Below, in pieces: positions 17,970 to 28,113 of a stretch of DNA of 32,000 nt. The notes under the pieces are model-generated. The model saw nothing but the letters and a program-made list of their open reading frames with translations. It had not been told where the DNA came from and did no database searches. Source of the DNA: Candidatus Heimdallarchaeota archaeon B3_Heim (GTDB taxonomy: Archaea; Asgardarchaeota; Heimdallarchaeia; Hodarchaeales; Hodarchaeaceae); the NCBI GenBank assembly GCA_003144275.1, contig NJBF01000020.1, positions 30,001 to 62,000 on the forward strand, written 5' to 3'. Within the stretch, counting starts at the first letter, position 1, and each line of letters starts with the position of its first letter. The position numbers and the translations under genes are program-made.

Positions 17970-18707
17970 TTGAATGAAAAAGAATTTTTCCGATTAGTAG
18001 GAAACGAAATAAGACGTGATATCCTTCGATCGGTCGCTCAAGAGCCAAAATATCTGTTTCAACTTTCTAAAGAGCTCAAGAGATCTCAACAATCACTACA
18101 AAGGCACCTCCAGTGCTTGTTGGAAAATGGTTGGTTGTCTCAAGAATTAGTAGAGGGACCTCATGGTCCAGCTCGCAAGCTATATCAAATAGCTAAGAAT
18201 CTATCGGTAAGAATTACGTTAAGTCAGCATTCGTTTGCTATAGACGTATTTGACATTCAAATCGGAAGAATTTCTGACCCCTTGGACGATTTCCAAACTC
18301 ATTTGAATGAAATAGGTAAAGATCTTTCATTGACACTTTCTCAAGGAATTCAAAAAGATCATCAGAATTATGCTGTCCAAATTCGTACCCTTAATACAAT
18401 TCTTGATAAACTAGGGTCAATAGAAAATTTCATTCTGAGCAAAAAGCTTACTGTCACAGGTCAATTAAATGAGACAATTTCGATGAAACTAGAAGGTGAC
18501 GATCATCGAAAAGATCGTGAATTGGCGTATACAATTTTTAGTAGCTCTGCCCCAATAAAAATAGATGTGATTCAAAAAGAAATAAAAACAAAGCGAACTG
18601 AGCTTCTAGCTTCCCTTAAACGACTGAATGAAAAGAATCTTTTACCCGAACGAGGAGTAGATTTAATGCAGAAGCTAGAAGTCACATTGAGTAGCCAAAC
18701 GGAGTGA
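17970..18707 (+). CDS. ArsR-like winged-HTH transcriptional regulator (COG1777, Phr/HSR1-like), probable heat-shock operon regulator
   Basis: 'VGNEIRRDIL...PKYLFQLSKEL...SLQRHLQCLLENGWL...GPARKLYQI'; lies 3 nt upstream of grpE. Confidence 0.72.
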   Translation: MNEKEFFRLVGNEIRRDILRSVAQEPKYLFQLSKELKRSQQSLQRHLQCLLENGWLSQELVEGPHGPARKLYQIAKNLSVRITLSQHSFAIDVFDIQIGRISDPLDDFQTHLNEIGKDLSLTLSQGIQKDHQNYAVQIRTLNTILDKLGSIENFILSKKLTVTGQLNETISMKLEGDDHRKDRELAYTIFSSSAPIKIDVIQKEIKTKRTELLASLKRLNEKNLLPERGVDLMQKLEVTLSSQTE

Positions 18708-18710
18708 TAA

Positions 18711-19346
18711 ATGCCAATGAAAGAACATACTCCACAGAATACAAAAAATAATTCAAATTTCTATGACATTGATGAACAAATTAAAGAATCTGACTCAAAA
18801 AAAGTCAAGATACCAACGTACAGTAAATCCATGGATAGCAAATCATCTCAGCAAAGCAAACAAGGGGAGCTAGAAAGCCAAATTGAGAAGCTTAAAGAAG
18901 AGTTAGTACAAAAGGAGAAGACTAATCAAAAAGATAAAGAGCGTTTTCTTCGTGCATTAGCTGATTATGAAAATCTTGAGAAGCGAACAAAAGCAGAAAG
19001 ATCAAGAATATTAAAAAATGCTAATGCTAATCTTCTGACGACATTTCTTGAACTAGCAGATACGTTAGAAAAAGCAAAATCAAGTTTTACTGATTCCTCG
19101 AATGCTAATACTGAATTAAAAGAGGGTTTTCTAGCAATTGAAAGACAGTTTTCAAGTATCTTGAACAATGCAGGAGTTGAAAGACTTGAATGTCTGGGGA
19201 CAAAATTCGATCCAGCTTTCCATGAAGCTGTGTTCGTAAGAAAAGATCCAGGAGAGGGAGAAGACATAATTTTGGAAGAAGTTCAGGCTGGTTACACACT
19301 GAACACTACCTTACTACGACCTAGTAAAGTGATAATTGCAAAATAA
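18711..19346 (+). CDS. grpE: Nucleotide exchange factor GrpE
   Basis: 'LRALADYENLEKR', 'FDPAFHEAV', 'QAGYTLNTTLLRPSKVIIAK'. Confidence 0.96.
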   Translation: MPMKEHTPQNTKNNSNFYDIDEQIKESDSKKVKIPTYSKSMDSKSSQQSKQGELESQIEKLKEELVQKEKTNQKDKERFLRALADYENLEKRTKAERSRILKNANANLLTTFLELADTLEKAKSSFTDSSNANTELKEGFLAIERQFSSILNNAGVERLECLGTKFDPAFHEAVFVRKDPGEGEDIILEEVQAGYTLNTTLLRPSKVIIAK

Positions 19347-19367
19347 TAATATTAAGGTGAACACAAG

Positions 19368-21200
19368 ATGCCTAGACCAATTGGTATAGATTTAGGAACA
19401 ACTTTTTCTGCCATAGCCACAATGGAAGGTGGAAAAGCAAAGATTATTCCCAATGCGGAAGGTCAGCGAATTACTCCCTCTGTAGTATCCATTTCGAAAG
19501 AGGGTGAACGAGTAGTTGGAATACAAGCTAAAAGACAAGCTGTTTCCAACCATGAGAGGACAGTTAGATCCATAAAAAGAGAGATGGGAACTAAGTATAC
19601 AGTGACTATTGATAGAAAGGTCTATAAACCTCCTGAAATAAGTGCAATGATTCTACAAAAACTAAAACGAGATGCTGAGGCTTATTTGGGTGAAACTATT
19701 ACCCAAGCAGTAATTACCGTTCCAGCATATTTTTCTGATTCCCAACGTCAAGCTACAAAGGATGCTGGTAAAATTGCGGGGTTAGAGGTTCTAAGAATTA
19801 TTAATGAACCCACAAGTGCTTCTTTAGCTTATGGAATGGACAAAGAAGAAGAATCGACAATTCTTGTTTTTGACTTGGGTGGTGGAACATTTGATGTTTC
19901 AATATTAGAATTATCCGAGGGTGTATTCGAGGTAAAAGCAACATCAGGTAATAATAGACTTGGGGGAGACGATTTTGATCAACGAATTATTGATTGGATG
20001 ATTGAAGAGTTTAAAAAACAAACTGGGTTGGATCTTTCGAAAGATCCAATGGCATTACAACGATTGAGAGATGCAGCAGAACAAGCAAAAATTGAGTTAT
20101 CACAAAAAACTTCCTCAGATATCAATTTACCATATGTTTATGCTGATAACACTGGACCTAAACATCTGAATCTTTCTCTTACAAGGTCAAAATTTGAAAT
20201 TATGATCGCTGATCTCATTGAAAAAGCTATGGGTCCTACTCGACAAGCCTTAGCCGATGCAAAACTTAAGCCTTCCGAAATTAATAAGATTTTACTCGTT
20301 GGTGGTTCTACTCGTGTTCCTGCCGTACAATCAGCATTACGTAACTATTTCAATAAAGAACTAACAAAAGAACTCAATCCTGATGAATGTGTAGCTCTGG
20401 GAGCAGCGATACAAGCCGCAATTATAACTGGTGAAGTAAAAGATGTTTTGTTGCTCGATGTTACTCCTTTGTCTTTAGGGATAGAAACTCTAGGTGGAGT
20501 ATTTACCAGGTTAATTGAAAGAAACACTACTATTCCAACTCATAAGAGTCAAATCTTCTCTACCGCAGCTGATAATCAACCATCAGTTGAAATTCACGTA
20601 TTACAAGGAGAAAGGAAAATGGCCACAGGGAATATAACCCTAGGCAAATTCCAATTGGTCGGAATACCTCCCGCTCCTAGAGGCGTTCCACAAATTGAGG
20701 TAAGCTTTGATATTGATGCCAATGGAATTGTAAATGTATCAGCAAAAGATCTTGGAACTGGAAATGAGCAGAAAATAACCATTAAGAGTGATAGTGGCCT
20801 TTCAGAAACAGATTTCAAGAGAATGGCTGAGGAAGCAGAAAAATACGAGGAAGAAGATAATAAAAGATTGGAAGAAGCTGAAGCACGAAATAAAGCAGAC
20901 TCACTTGTCTATCAAGTTGAAAAGATGATTAAGGATTTAGGTGAACAAGTGGATGCTACCACAAAAAGCAACGCAGAGAGTACGATTGAATCACTTAAAT
21001 CATCTTTACAGAGCGGAAATATTCCAGATGTCATTAAAAAGAGTGAAGATCTAGAGAAAATTGCACATGAATTAGCACAGAAACTTTATGCTCAACAAGC
21101 TCCGCAAGGAGCACCAGGTGCAGGTTTTCAAGGGGCTCCATCGGGTCAAGATGACTCCGAAGTTGTAGACGTTGATTATGAGATTGTCGATGAAGAGTAA
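19368..21200 (+). CDS. dnaK: Chaperone DnaK (Hsp70)
   Basis: [42 protein letters not shown]. It lacks the N-terminal-domain insert, as in archaeal and Gram-positive DnaK. Confidence 0.99.
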   Translation: MPRPIGIDLGTTFSAIATMEGGKAKIIPNAEGQRITPSVVSISKEGERVVGIQAKRQAVSNHERTVRSIKREMGTKYTVTIDRKVYKPPEISAMILQKLKRDAEAYLGETITQAVITVPAYFSDSQRQATKDAGKIAGLEVLRIINEPTSASLAYGMDKEEESTILVFDLGGGTFDVSILELSEGVFEVKATSGNNRLGGDDFDQRIIDWMIEEFKKQTGLDLSKDPMALQRLRDAAEQAKIELSQKTSSDINLPYVYADNTGPKHLNLSLTRSKFEIMIADLIEKAMGPTRQALADAKLKPSEINKILLVGGSTRVPAVQSALRNYFNKELTKELNPDECVALGAAIQAAIITGEVKDVLLLDVTPLSLGIETLGGVFTRLIERNTTIPTHKSQIFSTAADNQPSVEIHVLQGERKMATGNITLGKFQLVGIPPAPRGVPQIEVSFDIDANGIVNVSAKDLGTGNEQKITIKSDSGLSETDFKRMAEEAEKYEEEDNKRLEEAEARNKADSLVYQVEKMIKDLGEQVDATTKSNAESTIESLKSSLQSGNIPDVIKKSEDLEKIAHELAQKLYAQQAPQGAPGAGFQGAPSGQDDSEVVDVDYEIVDEE

Positions 21201-21232
21201 TTGAAATCGTAAGAATTTATCAGGTGATATGA

Positions 21233-22381
21233 CTGAGTAAAAACAAAAAAGATTACTATGAGGTTCTTGGTGTCCAAAGGGACGCAGATGTTAAAGATAT
21301 CAAGAAAGCCTTTCGAAAGTTAGCTCGGAAGTATCATCCTGATATGAACCCTGATGATCCAAGCGCAGAAGAGAAGTTTAAACAAGTAGCTGAAGCATTC
21401 GAAGTATTATCTGATAATGAAAAACGGCCTTTGTATGATCGATATGGTCATGAAGGCTTATCAGGCGCTTCATTCAGAGATTTTTCAGGCATGGGGCTAG
21501 ATGATCTTTTTGGTGGGTTTGGTATATTTGAAAATATCTTCAATGCCTTTGGAGGCGGAACTCAAGCTAGGACTTCCCGTTCTCGTGCGAGACGCGGTCA
21601 AGATGTAAGGCTTAACATTGATCTCTCTTTCGATGAGGCAATGAAGGGAATAAAGAAGTCAATTAAAGTCCCTAACTGGGCACAATGTCCTGTATGCCAT
21701 GGCAATAGAATTAAAAAAGGCGAATCACTCATTAAGTGTAGTACCTGTGGTGGAGTAGGAGAAGTGCGTCAGGTTCAGAGAACGGCCTTTGGACAGATGA
21801 TAAATATTACCACTTGCCCAAAATGCCGTGGAGAAGGTGAGAAGTTGAAAAAAGGGACAGAATGTGAGACTTGCAACGGAGTTGGCAAAGTTAAGCAAAC
21901 TAGAACTGTTGAAGCTCATGTCCCTGCTGGGGTTGATACAGGAATGCGTGTGGTAGTTCAAGGAGAGGGCAGACCTGGTGAGTTGGGAGGACCTTCTGGG
22001 GATTTATATTTGGTAGTAAACATATCCCCTCATCCTTTCTTCCAAAGAAATGGTGCGGAAATTCTTCTGGAATATCCGATTAGTTTTCTTGACGCCGTAT
22101 TAGGGACAAAACTTACAATTCCTACAATTAACGGAGACGAGAAAGTTACAATCAAACCAGGTACTGAATCTGGGAAAATAATTACCCTTAGAAAAAAAGG
22201 CGCCCCTAATCCTAATAGGTCTGGTCGTGGCGATATGCACATCGGAATTACTGTAAAATTTCCTAGTAAATTAGAAAAAAGTGTAAAACAAACATTACAG
22301 AAACTTCAAGAAGAAGACGAGGCAAAATATGTATTTAGAAATAATCCTGGATTAGCTAAATACTTAGGTTCCCAAAAATAA
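21233..22381 (+). CDS. dnaJ: Chaperone DnaJ (class A); start revised upstream of the ORF track call, probably CTG
   Basis: The frame stays open upstream of ATG 21344 and encodes the J-domain start (L/M)[36 protein letters not shown]. An in-frame TGA lies at 21230-21232. A G/F region and four CxxCxGxG-type repeats follow. Confidence 0.93.
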   Translation: MSKNKKDYYEVLGVQRDADVKDIKKAFRKLARKYHPDMNPDDPSAEEKFKQVAEAFEVLSDNEKRPLYDRYGHEGLSGASFRDFSGMGLDDLFGGFGIFENIFNAFGGGTQARTSRSRARRGQDVRLNIDLSFDEAMKGIKKSIKVPNWAQCPVCHGNRIKKGESLIKCSTCGGVGEVRQVQRTAFGQMINITTCPKCRGEGEKLKKGTECETCNGVGKVKQTRTVEAHVPAGVDTGMRVVVQGEGRPGELGGPSGDLYLVVNISPHPFFQRNGAEILLEYPISFLDAVLGTKLTIPTINGDEKVTIKPGTESGKIITLRKKGAPNPNRSGRGDMHIGITVKFPSKLEKSVKQTLQKLQEEDEAKYVFRNNPGLAKYLGSQK

Positions 22382-22417
22382 TAGATTTTATGACATATGA
22401 GGATAGTATAGATTTTT

Positions 22418-23515
22418 CTATTCCTCTAAAGGAGTCAATTTTCGTAATTTAGATAATTTTCGGGTTCTGAAAGATTCCCAGGGCGTATTCATTAAAATTT
22501 CCCAATTTAAGTAGCATGAACAAATTTCTGAGAAATTTTCTGGTAGCTTTTCTCTTTGGACAGCTTTTTCAATCAGCTTAAGTACAATTTTATCACATTT
22601 TCCACAATTGTGAGCTCCTCGTTCTTTACCTGCGGCTGTGGGGTCACAAATAATTTTTATATTAGGAGCAATCTCATTAGCGATCTTAATCAGATGAAGT
22701 ACAGTCCATAACCAAGGAGGTTGATATTCATCCTTTCTAAAAAGTTCGTAGATCAACGTCCCATTCTGAATATTACATGGATTTATTGAGATAACATCTG
22801 TTCCCATTTGTTTCGCATCGAAAACAGTCTTAATGGAATCTCTCAATGCTTCTTGTTCACTAAGAAACGGAGGTTTAATAAAAACGTAACTTTTAACTTC
22901 AACACCTATTGGTTGTAAATATTTTAGACTAGATTCGTAATCTTCTAGGGTTGTCCCCTTATTCCAGCAATCTAGTAATATTGCGTTGTTAGAGCTCTCT
23001 AAACCAATACCAATTTCTAATTTGATTTCTGAAAGACGTTTGAGAATTCCTTCAATGGTTGTTTTCTCTTTTAAAATGAATTCTGGTCTACATTCGACAG
23101 ATAATTTAATTATCTGCCCAGAACTTTTAATAAGATCTATAATGGTCTTTCTTAATTCCTCTGGAACATCGTTCTTATCAAAAAAGCTCCCCGAATTGAA
23201 AATCTGTAACTCAAGTGGTTTATTATATTTAGTTTCAATTATTAATCTTCTTAATTCATCTTCAATCTTTGTGACTGGGATTTGATTCTCTCTTGAGGAA
23301 TCATTGACATATCCACAAACTGAGCATCCTCCATTGTCCGATAAAGCCCAACTACATCCCTTGGATGGGATTACTATGGTCACGGTGATATAATCCTCTT
23401 TTTCTGACACACTACTCCATATTTTGGAATGAGAGGTATCTGACACCTGAGTAAGGTACTTGTGACGAATTTCTTGAATTCTGTCCGAAATAAGAGGATT
23501 GACTTGTTTATGCAT
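22418..23515 (-). CDS. raSEA: Archaeosine biosynthesis radical SAM protein RaSEA
   Basis: 'GCSWA...GGCSVCGY' radical-SAM cluster motif; NSGSFFD; 'GIGLES'; PCNIQ; PPWLW; 'GAHNCGKCD'. Overlaps the arcS stop by 8 nt. Confidence 0.88.
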   Translation of the reverse strand: MHKQVNPLISDRIQEIRHKYLTQVSDTSHSKIWSSVSEKEDYITVTIVIPSKGCSWALSDNGGCSVCGYVNDSSRENQIPVTKIEDELRRLIIETKYNKPLELQIFNSGSFFDKNDVPEELRKTIIDLIKSSGQIIKLSVECRPEFILKEKTTIEGILKRLSEIKLEIGIGLESSNNAILLDCWNKGTTLEDYESSLKYLQPIGVEVKSYVFIKPPFLSEQEALRDSIKTVFDAKQMGTDVISINPCNIQNGTLIYELFRKDEYQPPWLWTVLHLIKIANEIAPNIKIICDPTAAGKERGAHNCGKCDKIVLKLIEKAVQREKLPENFSEICSCYLNWEILMNTPWESFRTRKLSKLRKLTPLEE

Positions 23516-25424
23516 TTTCTTTCACCTTCTGACGAATTTTTACACCTAATCCCCGAGGCATGTCGACTAATAGCTTCCCTGGAAGATAAGCGACTCCTGT
23601 AGCCATGAGTTCTTCATTTTCATTAACTACTATCACTTCATCATTTATCCTGATTTCATGATCAGCCTGTCTAATGGCATTGGCAAATATTGTAGTTCCC
23701 CTTATACTTTCCCCATCAAATCTCACTATATTTTTCGATGTGCCAATCATACGTCTTGCAGCTTCTAGTGATAACGTTAAAAAGCCAGTAGAGGACCGAA
23801 AAGTCAATAGATGCTTACCAGCAAGTTGAATTCGGATACCGAGTTCTTTATATCCTTGAAGTCTTACATTTTCAGGGATTAGTAACTTTCCTACTCCAAA
23901 TCCAAATTGATAATCGGCGACTACTCGTAAAAAATCTAGGAGCTTATTTCTCTTTGGAATTGTTTTTATTATTAGTTTTTCAGTGAGGAGATGTCTAAAC
24001 TGATATAAACTTTCTTTTGAGGTTAGAGCTGGGACATCATCATCTATAATGTGAACAACTCTGTCTAAATTCTTGCAAACATCAACAAGCACTCTTTTTT
24101 CCGTTCCTTTTACATATCCCAAAAGTTGAATAGTAGTTGGGCAGTTTTTCAGAAAATTTTCAAGATCCTCAGCAAGTTGTTCTCGTTCTAGACTACTCCA
24201 ATCTCCAGTAACTGGTATATCGTAATGCGCAGCGGGGTATGTATATTCTAACTCTCTGGGGACAATTCCTAGCGGACTTGTGAGAATAATCTCTGCAAGA
24301 GAGTGGCGTCGACTTTTCAGAGTTCTTCGAATAGCACTTTGGAAAGCACGATGTGATTTCGATTGAGAGTAGGGTTTCCTTGCGGAACATGGAAGGAAAA
24401 CAATACCTTGTATATGAGAAGCTAGTCGATATCTATCTCTTACCCTTTCTCTAAAGCGTTTAACCTCTGGTCTAGAAAAATCAGTTTCATCTGTACAGTA
24501 AAGTGATTTTGCCCCATAAATTGTTGTTCCTTGATCTAGCGGTATTTGCTTGTCAATCATTCGGAGCAATGTCTTCTGGGGGGGATATGAATTTGCGTAT
24601 ATTCGGACTAAATCACGTAATTTACCTGATTTAAGAGCAGATTTTATACGATTTATTACGAGTTTATAATCCTCCGCATTATTATCCATTTCCAATATAT
24701 TACCTCCGTTTGTAAGTGTAGAGAGGAAAGTAAAATCAAATAAATCAATACCCAGATAGGTCAGGATGGGAAAAAATGAAGAGGGTACTCCAGGTGCGTA
24801 TAGCATAACATCAGGCGTAATAATTTCTTTTATTGACGATAAATATTGCAATAGAAATTTCGGATGGTTCAGTAATGACGAAATATCTCCTAAACTAATG
24901 ATTCCAACTTTAAAAGGGATGAGTTCTTTTAAAGATTCAGCTAGATTAGATCTAAATGGGATATTAACCATAAACTTGGACTGGAGAATACTAGTTATTG
25001 AGATTAAACGTTTAATGGTTGAAATATATTCATTAATGTGATCTAAATAGATTTCAGGTAAATCCCAAGGAATTAAATGGAAAAACTCGTCTCGAGATAC
25101 CAATGATTGGAAGATCTCGGGAAATAAATCTTCTATTCTAGTCAAATTAGACAAAGATTTCCCCTGCATCTGTAAAGATGAATATAGAATACATGTGGGA
25201 AATGATGATAATTCTGGTTGTTGATGCTGTGATTGGAAAAAAGTCTCAAGATTTGATTTGCTTAGAATTTTTTTTAATTTATATGAGTCTTGATTTTCAA
25301 TTGGAGATAAGTCATCTTCTCTTCTCATCTGAAGATTAAGAAACGTAGGTGTTTCATAAGGTCGTCCCAATAGAACATTCCCAAGTCTCCCCAATCCCTC
25401 AAATTTTCGTATTTCAAATGACAT
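23508..25424 (-). CDS. arcS: Archaeosine synthase subunit ArcS (TGT-like, with C-terminal PUA domain)
   Basis: 'LPCSARKPYSQSKSH', 'TSPLGIVPRELE...PAAHYDIPVTGDW', 'ADYQFG', and PUA-like 'ADHEIRINDEVIV...GVKIRQ'. Confidence 0.9.
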   Translation of the reverse strand: MSFEIRKFEGLGRLGNVLLGRPYETPTFLNLQMRREDDLSPIENQDSYKLKKILSKSNLETFFQSQHQQPELSSFPTCILYSSLQMQGKSLSNLTRIEDLFPEIFQSLVSRDEFFHLIPWDLPEIYLDHINEYISTIKRLISITSILQSKFMVNIPFRSNLAESLKELIPFKVGIISLGDISSLLNHPKFLLQYLSSIKEIITPDVMLYAPGVPSSFFPILTYLGIDLFDFTFLSTLTNGGNILEMDNNAEDYKLVINRIKSALKSGKLRDLVRIYANSYPPQKTLLRMIDKQIPLDQGTTIYGAKSLYCTDETDFSRPEVKRFRERVRDRYRLASHIQGIVFLPCSARKPYSQSKSHRAFQSAIRRTLKSRRHSLAEIILTSPLGIVPRELEYTYPAAHYDIPVTGDWSSLEREQLAEDLENFLKNCPTTIQLLGYVKGTEKRVLVDVCKNLDRVVHIIDDDVPALTSKESLYQFRHLLTEKLIIKTIPKRNKLLDFLRVVADYQFGFGVGKLLIPENVRLQGYKELGIRIQLAGKHLLTFRSSTGFLTLSLEAARRMIGTSKNIVRFDGESIRGTTIFANAIRQADHEIRINDEVIVVNENEELMATGVAYLPGKLLVDMPRGLGVKIRQKVKENA

Positions 25425-25780
25425 GCCTTTCTACTCCTTAGTTTACCCAGAATATTCTTGAAATTTCCTCTAACTCGAAAGATATTAGCATAATCGTCAA
25501 AGATGAACAGATAGGATTCCAGTAATAATGTTGATTATTGAAAATACGAAACAGATGTCAAAGATTTCTGGTGTGTTATTTTATGGAAATTTCATTCTCC
25601 ACTTATTTTAGATCGAAATATAGAATATCATCTAGATAATATCCGTATTGATAGAGGACATGAGATATGAATATTTGATGAAAATTAGATCCCTTTAACC
25701 CAAGGATCATTGTCATTATTTGAAAATCACACAGATTGAAAGTGAATTTTACCTTGAGTTCGTCTATTAGTAATACAACG

Positions 25781-27163
25781 ATGATGGAGTATTTTCGTCC
25801 AAGAGGAAAAATCGTTTGCCTTGGAGATAATATGAAATCTGAACTCGAACTGATAAAGAACATTCTAGACATAAACAATGATAAGAGAGTACCAGTTCTT
25901 CTGCTCAGTTCTTCCACTGATCTTAGTGAATATGCAGATCAAGTAGTTATCTTTGATTCGGATTCAACAATTGCTCAAGTTCATAATCTTTTGAACTCCT
26001 CATTTTTATTTTTTTTGTTTAATTCTTCTGAACATGGAATACTGAGAATTTTAGGTACAATCCTAGCCTCAATTGAATACAGAGGCACGATCCCTATTTT
26101 TATCGATACTGGTAGAGGTCTCCCTCCAGATCAAAAGAAAAATCTAGGTGAATGTTATTTTCACTTCGATTTATTAGAGGATATCAATCAAAAGAGTTTT
26201 TCAATATTTCTAGAAAACATAATATCTGTGTTATCACCTGTTTCTGGGCTTGGGATATCATTTTCAGATTTAATTCAAATTTTTGGAAAATCTAAAAGTC
26301 TTTTTTATGGAATTTCACAATCAACCCTCTTGGAACAAGTTCTAGAAGATTTAGTTGATCAAATTGGGGGAAAGCTTGTCCAAACATTGCCTGAAGAACT
26401 TGAAAATCTTGAAGCTATCTTTATCTCTGTTATTTCAGGAAAATCACTCAGTTTGCAAATTATGAATAAGATAACCTCAAAATTTGCTTCGACATTTGGT
26501 ATGGAATTCAATATCCATTTTTCTAATTCTGTAGAATCTGATCTCCAGGGTTACAAAACGATGGCCATACTTACAGATCTTCACCCAATAAATGAAATTT
26601 TTCCAGTTGCGAATCCCTTTCTAATGTTAGATTTTGATAATGAGACTGAAGACACTTCTGATGAATTATCCTTTTCAAATTCCAAAGAAAAACCATTGAA
26701 AGAAAATGAGGAGGATATGAGATTCCATATTTTGGGTAAAATATTTTCTGAATCTGAGGTTTACATATTTGATGATGGAGGGCTTCCTCTATTTGCTAGT
26801 CACCGTCCAGCTGGGCAAGAAGTTTGTCTATATACTGGATTATTCTCTGCAATTCAATCTATGAGTTCAGATTTAATTGGTCATTCTCCAGACCATCTTA
26901 CTGCGGGGGATAAAGAATGTGTATTTGTGTCACAGAAAGGTCCAAATCAAGTACAACTAAGAGGAGTTGCCATTTGTCAAGGCGGACAGGAAGAAACTGC
27001 TAGAAATGACCTCAAAGTTTCTATGGATTTAGTTCATCGTGTAATGCTACAGGGAGAACCAGAATACGCTATAAATGATAAAATCCAAGGCATTCTTGTT
27101 AAAAGTTTCCAGAAGGGAGAACTATCTAATGGCTTTGCCTTAGCAAAATATCAAGCAAGCTAA
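25781..27163 (+). CDS. Degenerate FtsZ/tubulin-fold protein fused to a C-terminal longin-like domain
   Basis: T7-like 'GLGISFSDL' and an FtsZ C-terminal-domain pattern; no GGGTGTG; acidic linker; longin-like 'VYIFDDGGLPLF...LYTGLFSAIQSMS'. Start placed at the first ATG (the ORF track starts at 25736). Confidence 0.55.
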   Translation: MMEYFRPRGKIVCLGDNMKSELELIKNILDINNDKRVPVLLLSSSTDLSEYADQVVIFDSDSTIAQVHNLLNSSFLFFLFNSSEHGILRILGTILASIEYRGTIPIFIDTGRGLPPDQKKNLGECYFHFDLLEDINQKSFSIFLENIISVLSPVSGLGISFSDLIQIFGKSKSLFYGISQSTLLEQVLEDLVDQIGGKLVQTLPEELENLEAIFISVISGKSLSLQIMNKITSKFASTFGMEFNIHFSNSVESDLQGYKTMAILTDLHPINEIFPVANPFLMLDFDNETEDTSDELSFSNSKEKPLKENEEDMRFHILGKIFSESEVYIFDDGGLPLFASHRPAGQEVCLYTGLFSAIQSMSSDLIGHSPDHLTAGDKECVFVSQKGPNQVQLRGVAICQGGQEETARNDLKVSMDLVHRVMLQGEPEYAINDKIQGILVKSFQKGELSNGFALAKYQAS

Positions 27164-27177
27164 CTTATTTCTACAGA

Positions 27178-27813
27178 TTATTTAGAAATAGGATTAATAG
27201 CTTCATTTGTTTGGTAACGTTCATAAACTTTTTCAACATAACCAAACTCTTCAATTAGTTCATGAATTCTTGTCGATTCAATATAGATTTCAGAGGTCCA
27301 TAAAATCAAGTACGCAGTAATCATAGGCAATTGAGGGGTAACTGATTCCTGTATTTCAAATAGGATCTGTTTACGTAGAGCGAGCTCTGTTTCATACATA
27401 TCAATTATTTCTCGAATGGTATTTTCAGCTTGATCTATAATCTCTAAATCATGAGGCCATTCATTATTATCTTTTACTGCTCGATTTTTCGCTGGTTGAA
27501 GAATATCACAACGAAAGCTCTGTTCTATTTTTCTCATCTCGCGAATTACATCTTTAAAATGAGTTAAATAAGCATTCAATTCGGTGATATGCCTATTGAT
27601 AGATTCTGCGAGATTATAAGCTAGTCTGCCCTGAACGTCATCAAACTTAGTCTTTATTACTTCGGAAAAGACATCTGATCTTTGAGTCAGGTTAAATCGT
27701 GATAAGATATTGAGTACCATGTTTACAGTTCGTAACGACTGGCCTTGAACGGTGGTCCACTTTTTTTGAGAGATTTGTAACCTCTTTTTAAAGACCCGAA
27801 TGCTCTGACTCAT
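27178..27813 (-). CDS. Alpha-helical protein resembling eukaryotic C1orf109/AIRIM (CK2-substrate family)
   Basis: 211 aa; 'KKW...LN', 'FDDVQGRL', 'MYETELALRKQIL' and a late Trp match the recalled family pattern. Confidence 0.5.
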   Translation of the reverse strand: MSQSIRVFKKRLQISQKKWTTVQGQSLRTVNMVLNILSRFNLTQRSDVFSEVIKTKFDDVQGRLAYNLAESINRHITELNAYLTHFKDVIREMRKIEQSFRCDILQPAKNRAVKDNNEWPHDLEIIDQAENTIREIIDMYETELALRKQILFEIQESVTPQLPMITAYLILWTSEIYIESTRIHELIEEFGYVEKVYERYQTNEAINPISK

Positions 27814-27925
27814 AACCAGTCAAATCCTATCTTTTTCGACTTTCTCACCATGAATGAAAATATGGTTAAGAAAACAAGTCCTCGAATCAGGAAGTGATAC
27901 TCATTCCTTTAATATTATACCTAAT

Positions 27926-28113
27926 GATTGAGGCACAAAATAATTCCGTTCTGAAAGACTTACCCAAATGGGACTGATAAGAATAATCAAGAAGAATTAT
28001 TCGAAACAACCGTTGGAGCTGTTCTTCCTGATTCATCGACGCGTGCCTGCTCTGATGCAGGTCTTACCACCTCTCCACAGACATTTAAGGTCTCCGCAGA
28101 ACTCTCGGCGACC
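27926..28113 (-). ncRNA. Predicted TnpB omegaRNA (reRNA) scaffold plus flanking guide
   Basis: Hairpins at 28089-28113, 28046-28061 (CCTGC-N6-GCAGG) and 27981-28002 overlap the tnpB 3' end and run to the right end. The guide would be the host flank AATTATTTTGTGCCTCAATC. Confidence 0.45.

Noticed and set aside
25781-26582. Calling this a functional ftsZ
   Set aside because: The GGGTG(T/S)G signature and glycine-rich first loop are absent, so no gene symbol was assigned.
27987-28045. Possible frameshift in the TnpB tail (an SMNQE-like ending lies in another frame)
   Set aside because: It lies after RuvC-III in the region overlapping the omegaRNA, where tails vary; there is no evidence of inactivation.
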